Part shown: piece after piece, positions 1-9,888 of the stretch
Layout: each line of letters opens with the position of its first letter
Position numbering within the stretch: position 1 is the stretch's first letter
Virus record (IMG/VR): IMGVR_UViG_3300050821_007134
Coordinates: 64,001-128,000 of that record
Length of the DNA stretch: 64,000 nucleotides
Direction: 5' to 3' (one strand)
Source of the DNA: a virus
The notes under the pieces: generated by a model
Databases searched by the model: none
Seen by the model: only the letters and a program-made list of their open reading frames with translations
Told to the model about the DNA's origin: nothing
Made by a program: the position numbers and the translations under genes

Positions 1-117
1 TATCAGAACTCTTCAAAAGAAATACGGCGAGCAAACCGTAATTATAGAACAAGATGGGTTCAGGCAGACACTAAGCGATGAAGGCGAAGTAGAAAACATT
101 TCATTCGAGGCAAAGCG

Positions 118-384
118 ATGAACTTTTACGATTGGCTCGACACTCTAAATTTGGAACTGGAAATCACAAGATATCCGAATCAAGAAAATAGATTCTGCGC
201 TTCCATTAAAGAAGCTGAGTTCAAGGACTATCTCGGCGATGGGTTACTTCAAAGTCTTTATGGAGATGGCACCGAACCCAGCACAGCTATAGTTATGTTC
301 TCTAAAAGAATTGAAGGGAAAGTCTTAGTATTAGATAAACGCGGCAAGGATCGCATCACGTTTACCGTTCCAAAATTCCAATGA
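118..384 (+). CDS. hypothetical phage protein
   Basis: ORF in tightly coupled (ATGA-overlap) plus-strand run; no recognisable motif. Confidence 0.6.
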   Translation: MNFYDWLDTLNLELEITRYPNQENRFCASIKEAEFKDYLGDGLLQSLYGDGTEPSTAIVMFSKRIEGKVLVLDKRGKDRITFTVPKFQ

Positions 385-590
385 AACTGACCCAAAAAAT
401 GCTTCAACAATGCGTAGAAAGAGCTGCCACTGCCACTGAAAGTGGAAGAGGTCCGGTTTTCTTTGTGAGCCCTGCCGAATACAAAGATCTTAAAGTATTG
501 GTAGATAAAATATTAGCTATTGAGCCGGAATGGTTGCCCATAGATCCTTGGTCCATTCGATGGAAGGCTCAGCAATTGGGGATTAAATGA
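381..590 (+). CDS. hypothetical phage protein
   Basis: 4-nt overlaps with both neighbours. Confidence 0.55.
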   Translation: MKLTQKMLQQCVERAATATESGRGPVFFVSPAEYKDLKVLVDKILAIEPEWLPIDPWSIRWKAQQLGIK

Positions 591-952
591 AACACAGACT
601 TGTACATAATGGCCTTGGAGCAAATGCAGAAGTTCTATTGGATAACCAAGGAAGAATTAACAAAGAATTCGCAAATGCAGCTTTAGATTTTCTCAAGCTT
701 GAGGGATTAGATTTTCAAGTTGGTGAGCATTATGTTTCTGTAGGCATTGAACCTACTTACATGTATCAACCCTTAAAAATAATCACCATCTCCAGAAACA
801 AAGATGATTCGACCTATGTAACTGGGACTGCGTGGGGACCTTACGGAAGCGGGATTGCCAAGAGAGTTAGAAGGCGCGGGAACTACAAAAAGAAAAGCAA
901 GTTCACCAAGTTTGTCGATGAATGGCATCCGTTTTTATTCGTAAGTAGATAA
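587..952 (+). CDS. hypothetical phage protein
   Basis: coupled ORF, converges on 953..1312. Confidence 0.55.
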   Translation: MKHRLVHNGLGANAEVLLDNQGRINKEFANAALDFLKLEGLDFQVGEHYVSVGIEPTYMYQPLKIITISRNKDDSTYVTGTAWGPYGSGIAKRVRRRGNYKKKSKFTKFVDEWHPFLFVSR

Positions 953-1312
953 TTATTGTTTTTTAATGAATTCTGAAATTAGGTTGACTAGCTGGCCGTG
1001 TTGATTTCTTAATTCCTTGCGTAAGTCTTCGATCTTCTCACCCAAGTTAGCTAGAGCCCCATTATAGGTTTCTTTTATGTGGACTAGGTCTTTATCTATT
1101 TCGTGTTTGAAAGCCTGGAATTCGCTCTCCATTAGTTCTATTTTGGCCTGGAACTCTTTACGGACCTGAGAGTCGGCTTCTTTTGCGGCCTGTAGCGTCT
1201 TAGCCGCCTCAGCCTCGCGTTCTGTACGCATCTTGCTGCTGATCTTCCATGGAAGAGCCCAGGCAGCGGCTACGACCAATATTAAGCTTCCTACTTCGAC
1301 TGAAATGTCCAT
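953..1312 (-). CDS. N-terminally membrane-anchored coiled-coil protein (possible lysis accessory)
   Basis: N-terminal hydrophobic helix, heptad-rich remainder, GGAG RBS and AATCTTA motif upstream. Confidence 0.6.
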   Translation of the reverse strand: MDISVEVGSLILVVAAAWALPWKISSKMRTEREAEAAKTLQAAKEADSQVRKEFQAKIELMESEFQAFKHEIDKDLVHIKETYNGALANLGEKIEDLRKELRNQHGQLVNLISEFIKKQ

Positions 1313-1341
1313 TTAATTCTCCAATAGATAAGATTAGTTGC

Positions 1342-1370
1342 TTGATCTTCCTAGGAGTATGTGATATATC
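1342..1370 (+). promoter_or_regulatory. putative sigma70-type promoter
   Basis: TTGATC-17 nt-TATATC with TG extension, upstream of 1389. Confidence 0.4.
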
Positions 1371-1388
1371 ATTTAAATAGGAGTTAAG

Positions 1389-1691
1389 ATGAAAGAAAAA
1401 GCCGCTGAAGCGATAAATATCTTATTTGGATTTAGAAAAACCCTATTAGTTCTAATACTTTATATCGTAGGCATTCTATTCAGGCTTAAAGGCCTGATCG
1501 ATGGAGCCCAAATGGTCGATTTATTTAAAGGAATCACCATTGCATTCATGACGGCCAATAGCTTTGAGCACGCGACAACGACTGTCAGATCGTATATGGA
1601 CGCACAAGGTCGTCAGGTAACTGACGCCGAGCCAGGCGTCGCGACGGGCGGCCCCGCCGGAGATCCCCAGGCCGGAAGTACTTCCAAGTAA
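1389..1691 (+). CDS. putative holin-like membrane protein
   Basis: ~100 aa, two hydrophobic segments, hydrophilic C-tail, AGGAG RBS. Confidence 0.45.
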   Translation: MKEKAAEAINILFGFRKTLLVLILYIVGILFRLKGLIDGAQMVDLFKGITIAFMTANSFEHATTTVRSYMDAQGRQVTDAEPGVATGGPAGDPQAGSTSK

Positions 1692-1700
1692 GGAGACCTA

Positions 1701-2123
1701 ATGAGCGAAGATCAAAATCCACAAACACCTATTATTCCTAGCGCCACAGTCGATGTTAATGTGGTAGCCCCGACGCCCGCTCCAGTAGCGCCTCCGCCAG
1801 CTCCAGTGGTTCAGGTAGCGGCTAAGAGTTTGCAGGATAGGGTCGAAAGCTGGCTAAAAGACATTTACAGCACTAATAAGATTTTGTTTTATACGATAAT
1901 CCCACTGATGGGGATAATTTTCCTGATAATCAAGTACCATAATTTGATCATTGATCTTTTACTTGGGACTTCAAAAGAGATCCTTAAGCAGGAACAGCAA
2001 AAAGATTTAACTCTTGCTGCGCAAGCCCAGCAACAAGAAGCTGCCGGAGACGCATTAGTTCAGAAAGCTCAGAATGAGCCAAAACAAGAACAACCCGTGC
2101 CCGATGATTGGTTTAAAAAATGA
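1701..2123 (+). CDS. single-pass membrane protein (possible spanin-like)
   Basis: Pro-rich N-terminus, one TM helix, Gln-rich coiled coil. Confidence 0.45.
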   Translation: MSEDQNPQTPIIPSATVDVNVVAPTPAPVAPPPAPVVQVAAKSLQDRVESWLKDIYSTNKILFYTIIPLMGIIFLIIKYHNLIIDLLLGTSKEILKQEQQKDLTLAAQAQQQEAAGDALVQKAQNEPKQEQPVPDDWFKK

Positions 2124-2302
2124 CACAAAAAGAATGGGAAGACGAGCATTATTTTGATCCAGGAGAAATGAAGTTTCGTGAAATTAAAGCGAAGATCGAA
2201 ATGCAACAGAAGTATCACACTTGGGATATGATCATTAAACTTAGTCTACTAATTACTTTTTTCGCAGGGTTAATAGCTTTTGCAAGCAGGGTTAAAGGAT
2301 AA
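2120..2302 (+). CDS. small membrane protein
   Basis: C-terminal TM helix, coupled to upstream ORF. Confidence 0.5.
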   Translation: MTQKEWEDEHYFDPGEMKFREIKAKIEMQQKYHTWDMIIKLSLLITFFAGLIAFASRVKG

Positions 2303-2304
2303 AT

Positions 2305-2712
2305 ATGAAAATTTTGATGATTTTAATATTGTTGTTTTCGAGCGCTTCGCTTGGCTTAACCGTGACTACTAGTGATGGGACAAGCTGTGACTTCTCCACT
2401 ATCAAGTCTAATGCCGATGGAACCTATACTTATTCTGCTACTCAGAATAGCTGCGTTGGAAAAATCATACAGGACGGTGCCACTAAAGATAAACAGATGG
2501 CCGATCTCTATAAAGCAATCACTCAATTTAAGTTAACGATTGCCACAGACGAACAAAGAATCCAAGCATTGATGGTTTCTCTGTCTGAAGTAAGTGCGCG
2601 AGTGGAAAAATCCGATAATTTACAGAAATCGAATGATAAGTTGGCTTTTGGATTAGGCGTTTTGACTACTTTGGTGGCAGCTGAGACAATGGCGAAGTTA
2701 TCCGGCCACTGA
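2305..2712 (+). CDS. exported coiled-coil protein with C-terminal TM (possible spanin-like)
   Basis: signal peptide, two Cys, coiled coil, C-terminal hydrophobic helix. Confidence 0.45.
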   Translation: MKILMILILLFSSASLGLTVTTSDGTSCDFSTIKSNADGTYTYSATQNSCVGKIIQDGATKDKQMADLYKAITQFKLTIATDEQRIQALMVSLSEVSARVEKSDNLQKSNDKLAFGLGVLTTLVAAETMAKLSGH

Positions 2713-3219
2713 TTGAAATCCCTTAGAAATCATGAAATTGTAGACATCCTGTGGCGTCATGGCCGATGGGTCTAAGCTGCCTGCGTCTTCCTTATCAATT
2801 TCAATAAGAATATCTGCTACCAATTCAGAGCAAACATAAGAAGATCCGCTATAGAATGGATTGTGAATATTCTTTCCGAAGATCCTCATGAAAAGAACGG
2901 CGCCAAACCCTATGATTTGGCCTACTCCATATGGAGATCCGCATTTATCTATAGCGCCTTGAATGGCAGTTTTCTTTGTTAGCGGTGTAACAGGTACGTT
3001 GAACTCTTCGTAAACTAACTCCACATCATCAAATGAAGTTTGGCCGATGAAGTTTACTTTAAGGCCGCTGGCTTGATAGACTAACCATCGGTTATATTCT
3101 TCAGAGTAGAAACGAATATAAGCGTGGGAAAATTTCGACCTAGTAATTGCCCTAATGATCCAACTGAATGGTTCAAAGAAAGCCTTAGGTCTAGAAAATC
3201 CCACGATTATAGAATCCAT
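2698..3219 (-). CDS. permuted papain-like NlpC/P60 amidase (YiiX/YebB-like)
   Basis: N-terminal FSHAYI His motif, PYG, C-terminal YVCSELV Cys motif, TPQD. Confidence 0.75.
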   Translation of the reverse strand: MDSIIVGFSRPKAFFEPFSWIIRAITRSKFSHAYIRFYSEEYNRWLVYQASGLKVNFIGQTSFDDVELVYEEFNVPVTPLTKKTAIQGAIDKCGSPYGVGQIIGFGAVLFMRIFGKNIHNPFYSGSSYVCSELVADILIEIDKEDAGSLDPSAMTPQDVYNFMISKGFQSVAG

Positions 3220-3220
3220 A

Positions 3221-3412
3221 TTATCTCACGAGATTAGTAAATTGAGGAGGAAGATCTCTTAGTTTTTGCTTCATGTGGAAGCGAGTTCCGTCACTCAGGC
3301 CCACCAATAAATTTCCGGTGCCATCGTCTGTAATCCAAACGATTCCGGCTACGTTTACATAAACTACTTTATTTTGATCAATATTATTTAGGGGAATTAA
3401 TACGTTATCCAT
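3221..3412 (-). CDS. hypothetical protein
   Basis: in operon, AGGAG RBS. Confidence 0.55.
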   Translation of the reverse strand: MDNVLIPLNNIDQNKVVYVNVAGIVWITDDGTGNLLVGLSDGTRFHMKQKLRDLPPQFTNLVR

Positions 3413-3421
3413 GTCATCTCC

Positions 3422-3934
3422 TTAAGCTGCTTGGAACAAGCTGTTGAGGGTACAAACTAAAGTTCCAATAGCACTCAAATCATCCTGAATTGTAATAGTG
3501 ATGGAATCTACATCAGCTAAAACCATTGAGCTATCGTTGAATGTCATGGTTCCAGTGAAAGCATCAACAGAGGCGCCGAACCCAACTGCACTTCCAAGAG
3601 TTCCTTGAGCACTACTACCGAAGTTGTTCTGAGGGAACATCGTGACTAAATCTGCATTGTCTTTTATTACGCATATTACGGATTTAACTCCTCCTATGGT
3701 AACGGCAATTTCAATTCCATTGGGCAAAGCAGACAACTTACCAAAATTACTGAATGAATCTTGGCCAGTGCTTTCGATGAGAATGGTTAAAGAAAGTAAT
3801 TCTGCGCTGTTAACGCCATTTTCATCTGAACCTGGGGAATAAGAAAACACCTGAGGTACTTGAGATCCATCTAAGTTCATGGATTTACTTTGTTTGCCAC
3901 TTAATACTGGAGCGATTAAAGGTACTACGGCCAT
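3422..3934 (-). CDS. putative virion structural protein
   Basis: beta-rich S/G/T composition, late motif upstream, tail region. Confidence 0.5.
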   Translation of the reverse strand: MAVVPLIAPVLSGKQSKSMNLDGSQVPQVFSYSPGSDENGVNSAELLSLTILIESTGQDSFSNFGKLSALPNGIEIAVTIGGVKSVICVIKDNADLVTMFPQNNFGSSAQGTLGSAVGFGASVDAFTGTMTFNDSSMVLADVDSITITIQDDLSAIGTLVCTLNSLFQAA

Positions 3935-3997
3935 ATTGGACTCCTTGTCTTTGTTTTAGAACGGAGTCATTCCGTTCAGGGTCATAAGATTAATATT

Positions 3998-4417
3998 CTA
4001 AACTAGGACCTTGTGAAATTCGTAGTTCATTGCCACATTTACGTTCGAAGTGCCTGTAGAATTGTAAATTAATCGAACATAAAGACCTTGATATATCTTT
4101 GCTGGGTATTGGCATCTAAGTTCTAACTGAAATTCGCTACTGTCCATGATGTACCAATCCGTGACAAACTCGTTAAGGACGGTACCTGCGGGAGCTAAGA
4201 TGCCATCTTTATCGACGACTTGAAAGGTGATATTATCTCCCCAGTTCGCGCCTTTGCAAAGCAGTGCTCCTCCACTTATCAGCCTATCTTCAGGCAGAAC
4301 AAAATCAAAATTAGTTGAAGCTCCGGCTATTGCCACTCCTATGATTCCTTGGCCTTTAAAATTAAGACCGTCGGCTCTAAAATCTGCTTCATTCAAGGGC
4401 GCATAATTGGTAGGCAT
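3998..4417 (-). CDS. putative virion structural protein
   Basis: beta-rich, in tail-accessory operon. Confidence 0.5.
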   Translation of the reverse strand: MPTNYAPLNEADFRADGLNFKGQGIIGVAIAGASTNFDFVLPEDRLISGGALLCKGANWGDNITFQVVDKDGILAPAGTVLNEFVTDWYIMDSSEFQLELRCQYPAKIYQGLYVRLIYNSTGTSNVNVAMNYEFHKVLV

Positions 4418-5631
4418 TATCTTTCACTCCAAACAATTTCTCCAGAAATACTTTGTCCCACGACTGCGGCTACATCTAATCGGATGCAGAAGCCTTCTCC
4501 TGGCGCTAATTTAACCGCTATAGCTTCCCTTATGTATTGAGCAACTGGACCGTTATCTGTTTCTGGACATATGATCGTTGCTATGGGAGTTCCAAATGAA
4601 ACTCCAGTCGTAGTTAATCCGGTATCTAAAAATCTTACATCAGTTACTTGTGTCGCGGCGGACGAAGAGTCTTGAGCTACGACTGTGATGGCTGTTCCTC
4701 CAGTGGGAGTCGCAGAAGTATATCTAACTAAATCATATTTTAAAGAAGTTCTTGTAAGTGGCGTCGCGCCATCAAATGCCATACTTAGAAATATTCTTTC
4801 AAGATAAATGGTCTTCGTAGAACCGGAAGCATTTCTCATAGACCAAACAGTTGCATTGGCCGCAGTGGCCGCTGTTTGTCGAATGTTTACCGGTGCTGAA
4901 TAATAAGCTGCCGCAGGAGCTACAATATTTACGTCAAGAGATTGTTTAGATGTTTCGGCAGTGGATGTAATGCCATTCCCAGCCGTGTCTTGATTTCTTA
5001 CCTGTGCGCTAAAAGCAGCAGCGCTTGAACTGAATACTTGAATTGCATTGGTAGCTAGACTCGAATTATATTTTATGGTAGCCGTTCCAGAAGACCAGGC
5101 AGTTGCGACTAATTGAACTTGTGTGTAAGCTCCGCAAGGAACTGTGACCATGAAGTTAGTGGTTGTTGCATTGGTCCAGTTACCAGACGATGGAACGTAT
5201 CCTTGGATACTATCCCATGTTAATCCGCCATCAAGACTTCCCTGAAGACTTAAAGTTCCAGACCAAGTACCGGTGATCTTGAAGTTAACTGTTGCATTTT
5301 TTGCGACCGTTGCAATTACTGCTCCATTGAGTGCATTTACGGTACCGCTACCGGATTTATCGAGGTTACTGAAATCATGTGCTGCATTGTATAGAAAAAC
5401 CACGGCATTAGAGCCTAGATATGTGCTGATACCATCGCTTAAATTTAGATTTCCGGCTGTAATGTCAACTAACACCTGGGGATCTTGTTGGAATTGAACA
5501 AGCACAGTATTTGGAATCGTTAAGGTCGCGCCTGCGCCAATGGACACATTTTCGCCATTGTTATTGTACGCTAGGATGCCTCCGGTTGTATTAATAGCCT
5601 GTACTATCATGTTATTCCTCTGTCCATTCAA
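4417..5631 (-). CDS. tail fibre/appendage-like virion protein
   Basis: T/S/A/G-rich; SLDGGxTW Asp-box-like motif; shares modules with 5612..6928. Confidence 0.55.
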   Translation of the reverse strand: MNGQRNNMIVQAINTTGGILAYNNNGENVSIGAGATLTIPNTVLVQFQQDPQVLVDITAGNLNLSDGISTYLGSNAVVFLYNAAHDFSNLDKSGSGTVNALNGAVIATVAKNATVNFKITGTWSGTLSLQGSLDGGLTWDSIQGYVPSSGNWTNATTTNFMVTVPCGAYTQVQLVATAWSSGTATIKYNSSLATNAIQVFSSSAAAFSAQVRNQDTAGNGITSTAETSKQSLDVNIVAPAAAYYSAPVNIRQTAATAANATVWSMRNASGSTKTIYLERIFLSMAFDGATPLTRTSLKYDLVRYTSATPTGGTAITVVAQDSSSAATQVTDVRFLDTGLTTTGVSFGTPIATIICPETDNGPVAQYIREAIAVKLAPGEGFCIRLDVAAVVGQSISGEIVWSER

Positions 5632-6928
5632 CAGTACATAGCCAGCTTCCGCCTGTTACGGTTACGCCGCCTAGATTTATGGCCAATACTTGGGAAGTTC
5701 CTCTTAAAACTATAGATTGTGCAGGACTATTACCAAAATAAATATCGGGTATATTTTCTGAACTTACGTTACCCGCTACTGCCGGGACTTGAATAACTTT
5801 CTTAAAAGATAAAATTGTTCCAACAGTAGCTCCTAATGATGTTGGATTTGCTGTATATTGTAGTACTGTCGCAGTGGCAGCCAAATTATTAGAATCATGA
5901 GGAACTGCTGTGACTGCTGCCGATGTTCCACCCGAATTGGCAGCAGATCTTTTTATGAAAAAGAAACTCACGTATCCCGGCGTAGTTTGTGTTCCAGTGA
6001 TCGAGATCCTAGTTATTCGAATGGTTTTAGTGGCACTTCCTGTGATGGTGAAAATATCTGTAGCTGTAGCGGCAGAAGAAAAAGATGCACTGCTCGCAGC
6101 TCTATAGGATTGTTTAGACCCGTCTACTGGCGCATTTTGAACTACGGCACCGATATAAACCGTATTAACATTATTGGTGATCGTAAGCTTTACTACAGCC
6201 GTACCGGTCATTGCCGAAATGGCGCGTATTCTAAAATTTGTAAATCCGGCCATATTCGCTTCACCATTAAAATTAGCGGTGAAAGTGGAGGCCGTATAAA
6301 TAGTGCCGGTTTGATGAATAGGACGAACATACCAAGTAGTTCCTCCATCCATGCTTACTTCTGATTGTAAACTTCCAGTCCACGTTCCTGATACTTGGAC
6401 GACGACGGCTTCATCTGAATTAGTAGTTAATACAGCCGTTGAATTTGCGGTTGGAGTACCAGTTATTATTGGTTGTTGATTAAACCCTAATGCAGTGGTC
6501 GATACGATATCTTGAGTTGTTATATTGAAAGCGCCAAAGGATTCGTCTTGAGTGGTTACTATTAATTCTGCGTTGCTATTTAATTGTAGGTCCCCTCTTT
6601 GGCCGTTAGAAAGAGTTGGTAAGGTCGTATTAAAAACGCCACCAACTTTTACGGGACTACCCGAGTCAGCAGAACCAGAAGCTACATTGCCGACCATTTG
6701 TATATTGCCGCTAGCATCTACAGCGATACCAATTAAATTTCCAGCATTTTTTCCAGCTATGTATGAGGCGTTTGAAGGAACGGCAGAACCAGTTGCGCTA
6801 GTGGCATAATCCTTAACCAGTAAATTTCCGTTAGCGTCTGCGCCAACGTAGTTTACAGTTGTGCCACCAGAGTCTTGCCCTGTTATTTTAACTTCTTGTG
6901 CTTGATCGATATAGGGAATGTCTGCCAT
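5612..6928 (-). CDS. tail fibre/appendage-like virion protein
   Basis: T/S/A/G-rich; SMDGGTTW; shares modules with both neighbours. Confidence 0.55.
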   Translation of the reverse strand: MADIPYIDQAQEVKITGQDSGGTTVNYVGADANGNLLVKDYATSATGSAVPSNASYIAGKNAGNLIGIAVDASGNIQMVGNVASGSADSGSPVKVGGVFNTTLPTLSNGQRGDLQLNSNAELIVTTQDESFGAFNITTQDIVSTTALGFNQQPIITGTPTANSTAVLTTNSDEAVVVQVSGTWTGSLQSEVSMDGGTTWYVRPIHQTGTIYTASTFTANFNGEANMAGFTNFRIRAISAMTGTAVVKLTITNNVNTVYIGAVVQNAPVDGSKQSYRAASSASFSSAATATDIFTITGSATKTIRITRISITGTQTTPGYVSFFFIKRSAANSGGTSAAVTAVPHDSNNLAATATVLQYTANPTSLGATVGTILSFKKVIQVPAVAGNVSSENIPDIYFGNSPAQSIVLRGTSQVLAINLGGVTVTGGSWLCTVEWTEE

Positions 6929-6940
6929 TAGGCCTCCCTA

Positions 6941-8095
6941 TTATTGTTCGTTGCCGCTAATTGTCGAGTAAACGTCTTGAGACGCCTTATCGAGGTTCGT
7001 GCGGATGATTTGGATCTTTGCACCAGCAATTTGAGTTTTGTCTGAAGGAACTGGAATTGGAATGTTTGGTGTAGAAGTAGAGTTAAATCCTACCCAGAAA
7101 CTATTAAAAATACCTGAACCAGCTGCGGTTTCGTATTGGACTTCTACTTTTAATTTTCCAGACCCAGAAGCCCAGAATTGTTTGGTGAAAAAAGTTTTTC
7201 CAGCAGTGACAGTGTAAACATGAGTGCTTGTGGCATTTGCGGCCAATGCAGATACGGTATTATAATTATCTACAGGAGTACCAGAGGCAACTGCTTCAGA
7301 AACAAATATTGGATTTGTAGGACTGTTAGCTGCTCCACCAGAAGTGATTGAGATTGGCCATGCATTAGCTGCGGTATTTGGTGCTCCCTGATTAGCTACT
7401 ACTCTTAATGTCTGAGCACCCGTGGCACCAGCATTGAAGTCAGCCAGTCCAGTAGCATTTGCGATTTCAGCGGCTACTCTTAATGTTTGAGCACCGATGG
7501 CGCCTACATTAAAATCAGCGGCTCCGGTGGCATTACCAATTTGAGAAGCTGTGCGTAATGTGTTAGCTCCAACGGTTCCATAATTTGTGTCTAGGGTAGT
7601 TGGAAAATTGGAAATTGTAACTCTTAATGTTTGAGCGGTTGCAGAACCAGCACCAAAATCAGCAGCACCAGTCGCGTTACCAATTTGAGCAGCAGCTCTG
7701 AGTGTTTGAGCCCCAACAGTTCCATAGTTAAAATCGGCAGCGCCAGTGGCGTTACCGATTTGAGCGGCAGTTCTTAAAGTATTGGCCCCAACAACGCCAT
7801 AGTTCGTATCGTTTACAACGCTAGGAGTAACCAGTAATCTACCACGATTGTCAACTTGAAGGGCAGCTTGCTGTCCAGTAGTAAGTGTAGGAAGAGTGGT
7901 ATTAAACTGACCGCCGATAAGAGCAGAAAAGGCAGCTGCGGACCCAGGGCTTACGGGGCCGTCAACAACATCTCTTAAAGAACCATTCGCATCAACTGCG
8001 GCTTTCTGTGTAGGTGTAGTTCCGTCTACTAAAAAGACCGCTACATCGCCGGGGTTCTCTGTTCTTACTGGTAATGAACTATTAAAATCTGACAT
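6941..8095 (-). CDS. fibre-like virion protein with 25-aa tandem repeats
   Basis: repeats of NYGTVGAQTLRxAAQIGNATGAADF. Confidence 0.55.
   Translation of the reverse strand: MSDFNSSLPVRTENPGDVAVFLVDGTTPTQKAAVDANGSLRDVVDGPVSPGSAAAFSALIGGQFNTTLPTLTTGQQAALQVDNRGRLLVTPSVVNDTNYGVVGANTLRTAAQIGNATGAADFNYGTVGAQTLRAAAQIGNATGAADFGAGSATAQTLRVTISNFPTTLDTNYGTVGANTLRTASQIGNATGAADFNVGAIGAQTLRVAAEIANATGLADFNAGATGAQTLRVVANQGAPNTAANAWPISITSGGAANSPTNPIFVSEAVASGTPVDNYNTVSALAANATSTHVYTVTAGKTFFTKQFWASGSGKLKVEVQYETAAGSGIFNSFWVGFNSTSTPNIPIPVPSDKTQIAGAKIQIIRTNLDKASQDVYSTISGNEQ
7385..7807 (-). repeat. ~6 degenerate 75-bp coding tandem repeats
   Basis: visible in protein and DNA. Confidence 0.8.
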
Positions 8096-8106
8096 TTTCT
8101 ATTCCT

Positions 8107-8304
8107 TTAATTTTTTAAGGCCGATTCCGTTTCAGCTATTTTACCTTGAAGTTCTACTTCTCTTTTTATCTGCACTTCAACGTGATTTTTTAAACGCTGG
8201 ATTTCTTCTAGCATTTCCTCTATTCTAATTTCGAGGTTTGCCTTTGCATGAGAAACGCCCAAAAGCTCTGCCTTCATTTTTCTAATTTCTATTGGTGATG
8301 CCAT
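8107..8304 (-). CDS. small coiled-coil protein (possible fibre chaperone)
   Basis: heptad pattern, AAGGA RBS, AATCTTA motif at 8322-8328. Confidence 0.55.
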   Translation of the reverse strand: MASPIEIRKMKAELLGVSHAKANLEIRIEEMLEEIQRLKNHVEVQIKREVELQGKIAETESALKN

Positions 8305-8356
8305 TTTATCGTCCTTTACGGTAAGATTACTCCCGAGAGCATTTTATTCCAAAAAC

Positions 8357-9289
8357 TTATGTAACTTCAGCTACTTGTATGGTGGCCTCAAAGCTAGCTA
8401 ATGATGGTCTAGTGTGTAAAACCTTAACGACTACAGTGTTCCCTACAGCTAACGGAACGCCATTATTGTTAAAGCTCTGAAATTCAAAAGTCGCATTCAA
8501 ATCGCCACCGAAGTATGTTCTTTTTGTGGCAACTATTGAGGAGTTTATCAGTAGGTCATATCTGGCTATATTTTCTCCTGAAACTTGAACTCTTTGGAGA
8601 AAGGCGCTGGTTGCGGTGCCAGGGACAGTATAAGTGATTACAGTGGTACTTACGCCAGAAGCTACTGAATTTACTTCGTTATATGGAATTTTGATAGTGT
8701 ATATCGCCGCACTACCGCCGATATCAACGTTAATAGAGCCGTCGGCATTGATATGCAGTCTGTTAGTGCCGTCCCCTATTTGGATCGCATCTGGGAGGCC
8801 GTCAGGAGTCGTATCACCACTTTTATCGGTGAGTCGTCGAACTGTCGTCGTAATTGAACCGGCGAAAACAACGGGTAAGGGATTGGCAGTTTCATAATAA
8901 TCCCCAAACTGATCGACTAGGACGCTTCTCCACGCGACTGTAGGCTCCTGATCGTAAGTAGCCTTGTCCATGTCGTCGGTTTTGATGGTATTTTTGGTCT
9001 GTTCACCAGCATAAAGATATGCGCCTGCTGCGACTGTATAGGCCGAAACATCTACACCTTGAAACCATTGACCTTGAGGAGGATTGAGGGCTCCAACTTT
9101 GATTTGTGTTGGAGACATGACACGGACTACGCGGAGGGTTATATTTGGTTGCCCAGTTGCGACGATGGCAATTTCTTGCTTAACTTTTAAGCCAGCTGCC
9201 GTTACAACGTTTATTATTCCATACGGAGAACCATCAGACGTGAAAAGCGTCGGAGGTACCGCAGGCCATTTCTGCTCTATACCTGGCAT
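8357..9289 (-). CDS. putative virion structural protein
   Basis: beta-rich, directly downstream of tail tube, late motif upstream. Confidence 0.55.
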   Translation of the reverse strand: MPGIEQKWPAVPPTLFTSDGSPYGIINVVTAAGLKVKQEIAIVATGQPNITLRVVRVMSPTQIKVGALNPPQGQWFQGVDVSAYTVAAGAYLYAGEQTKNTIKTDDMDKATYDQEPTVAWRSVLVDQFGDYYETANPLPVVFAGSITTTVRRLTDKSGDTTPDGLPDAIQIGDGTNRLHINADGSINVDIGGSAAIYTIKIPYNEVNSVASGVSTTVITYTVPGTATSAFLQRVQVSGENIARYDLLINSSIVATKRTYFGGDLNATFEFQSFNNNGVPLAVGNTVVVKVLHTRPSLASFEATIQVAEVT

Positions 9290-9351
9290 TTTGGGGAACC
9301 CTAACCTAGTTAGATCTCAACCATATGAGACTTAGTTAAGATTGCTTCAAA

Positions 9352-9384
9352 ATAAAAAACGGATAAGATTAATCTTATCCGTTT
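9352..9384 (-). terminator. intrinsic terminator formed by a perfect 28-bp palindrome
   Basis: AAACGGATAAGATT|AATCTTATCCGTTT (9357-9384), followed by a T-tract on the minus strand, downstream of tail tube. Confidence 0.7.
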
Positions 9385-9411
9385 CCATAATTCTTAAATT
9401 AAATCACTATG

Positions 9412-9864
9412 TTAAGGGAGGCTGGTTGCTCCTGAACTTTCATCCTGGTCACCGGCTTCATCACTTAACCTGATGCCTGTGTAGTTGATTGTAACACGGC
9501 TGGTGGCGCGAGCATTGTGGTTACCGTTATAAGAGGTCGGGATACACCCGATTGCAGTCATAATGGTTGCACCAGTTTGTCGGTCAACAACGGCCAATGT
9601 AACGTTCTCTAAAGTCAAGAGATCTTGCAATTTTGGAAATTTTGGAAGAACCATAGGTCCTTGGCCAACTACCCTAAAAGCACCGCATGTAAGCGTAACT
9701 GCGTCATAAGACGTAGGAGTGATCTCATCTGGGCTATAACGGCCCAAAAGATGAATTGGTTCATTTCCAATATTGACGTTATAAGAGACTGTTTCAAAGA
9801 TACCAACGAGTGTATCGTCTACGTATACTTTTGTTCGGGCTCCAACTAAAACTTTTGATGGCAT
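9412..9864 (-). CDS. tail tube protein
   Basis: 150 aa immediately after sheath; EPIHLLGRYSPDEI resembles myovirus tube proteins. Confidence 0.75.
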   Translation of the reverse strand: MPSKVLVGARTKVYVDDTLVGIFETVSYNVNIGNEPIHLLGRYSPDEITPTSYDAVTLTCGAFRVVGQGPMVLPKFPKLQDLLTLENVTLAVVDRQTGATIMTAIGCIPTSYNGNHNARATSRVTINYTGIRLSDEAGDQDESSGATSLP

Positions 9865-9888
9865 TGTAAATTCTCCTTAAACTAAAGA

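Noticed and set aside
7385-7807. Periodic repeats as a CRISPR array or DGR template (also 29695-29945)
   Set aside because: In-frame coding repeats with synonymous variation; no unique spacers and no reverse transcriptase in the window
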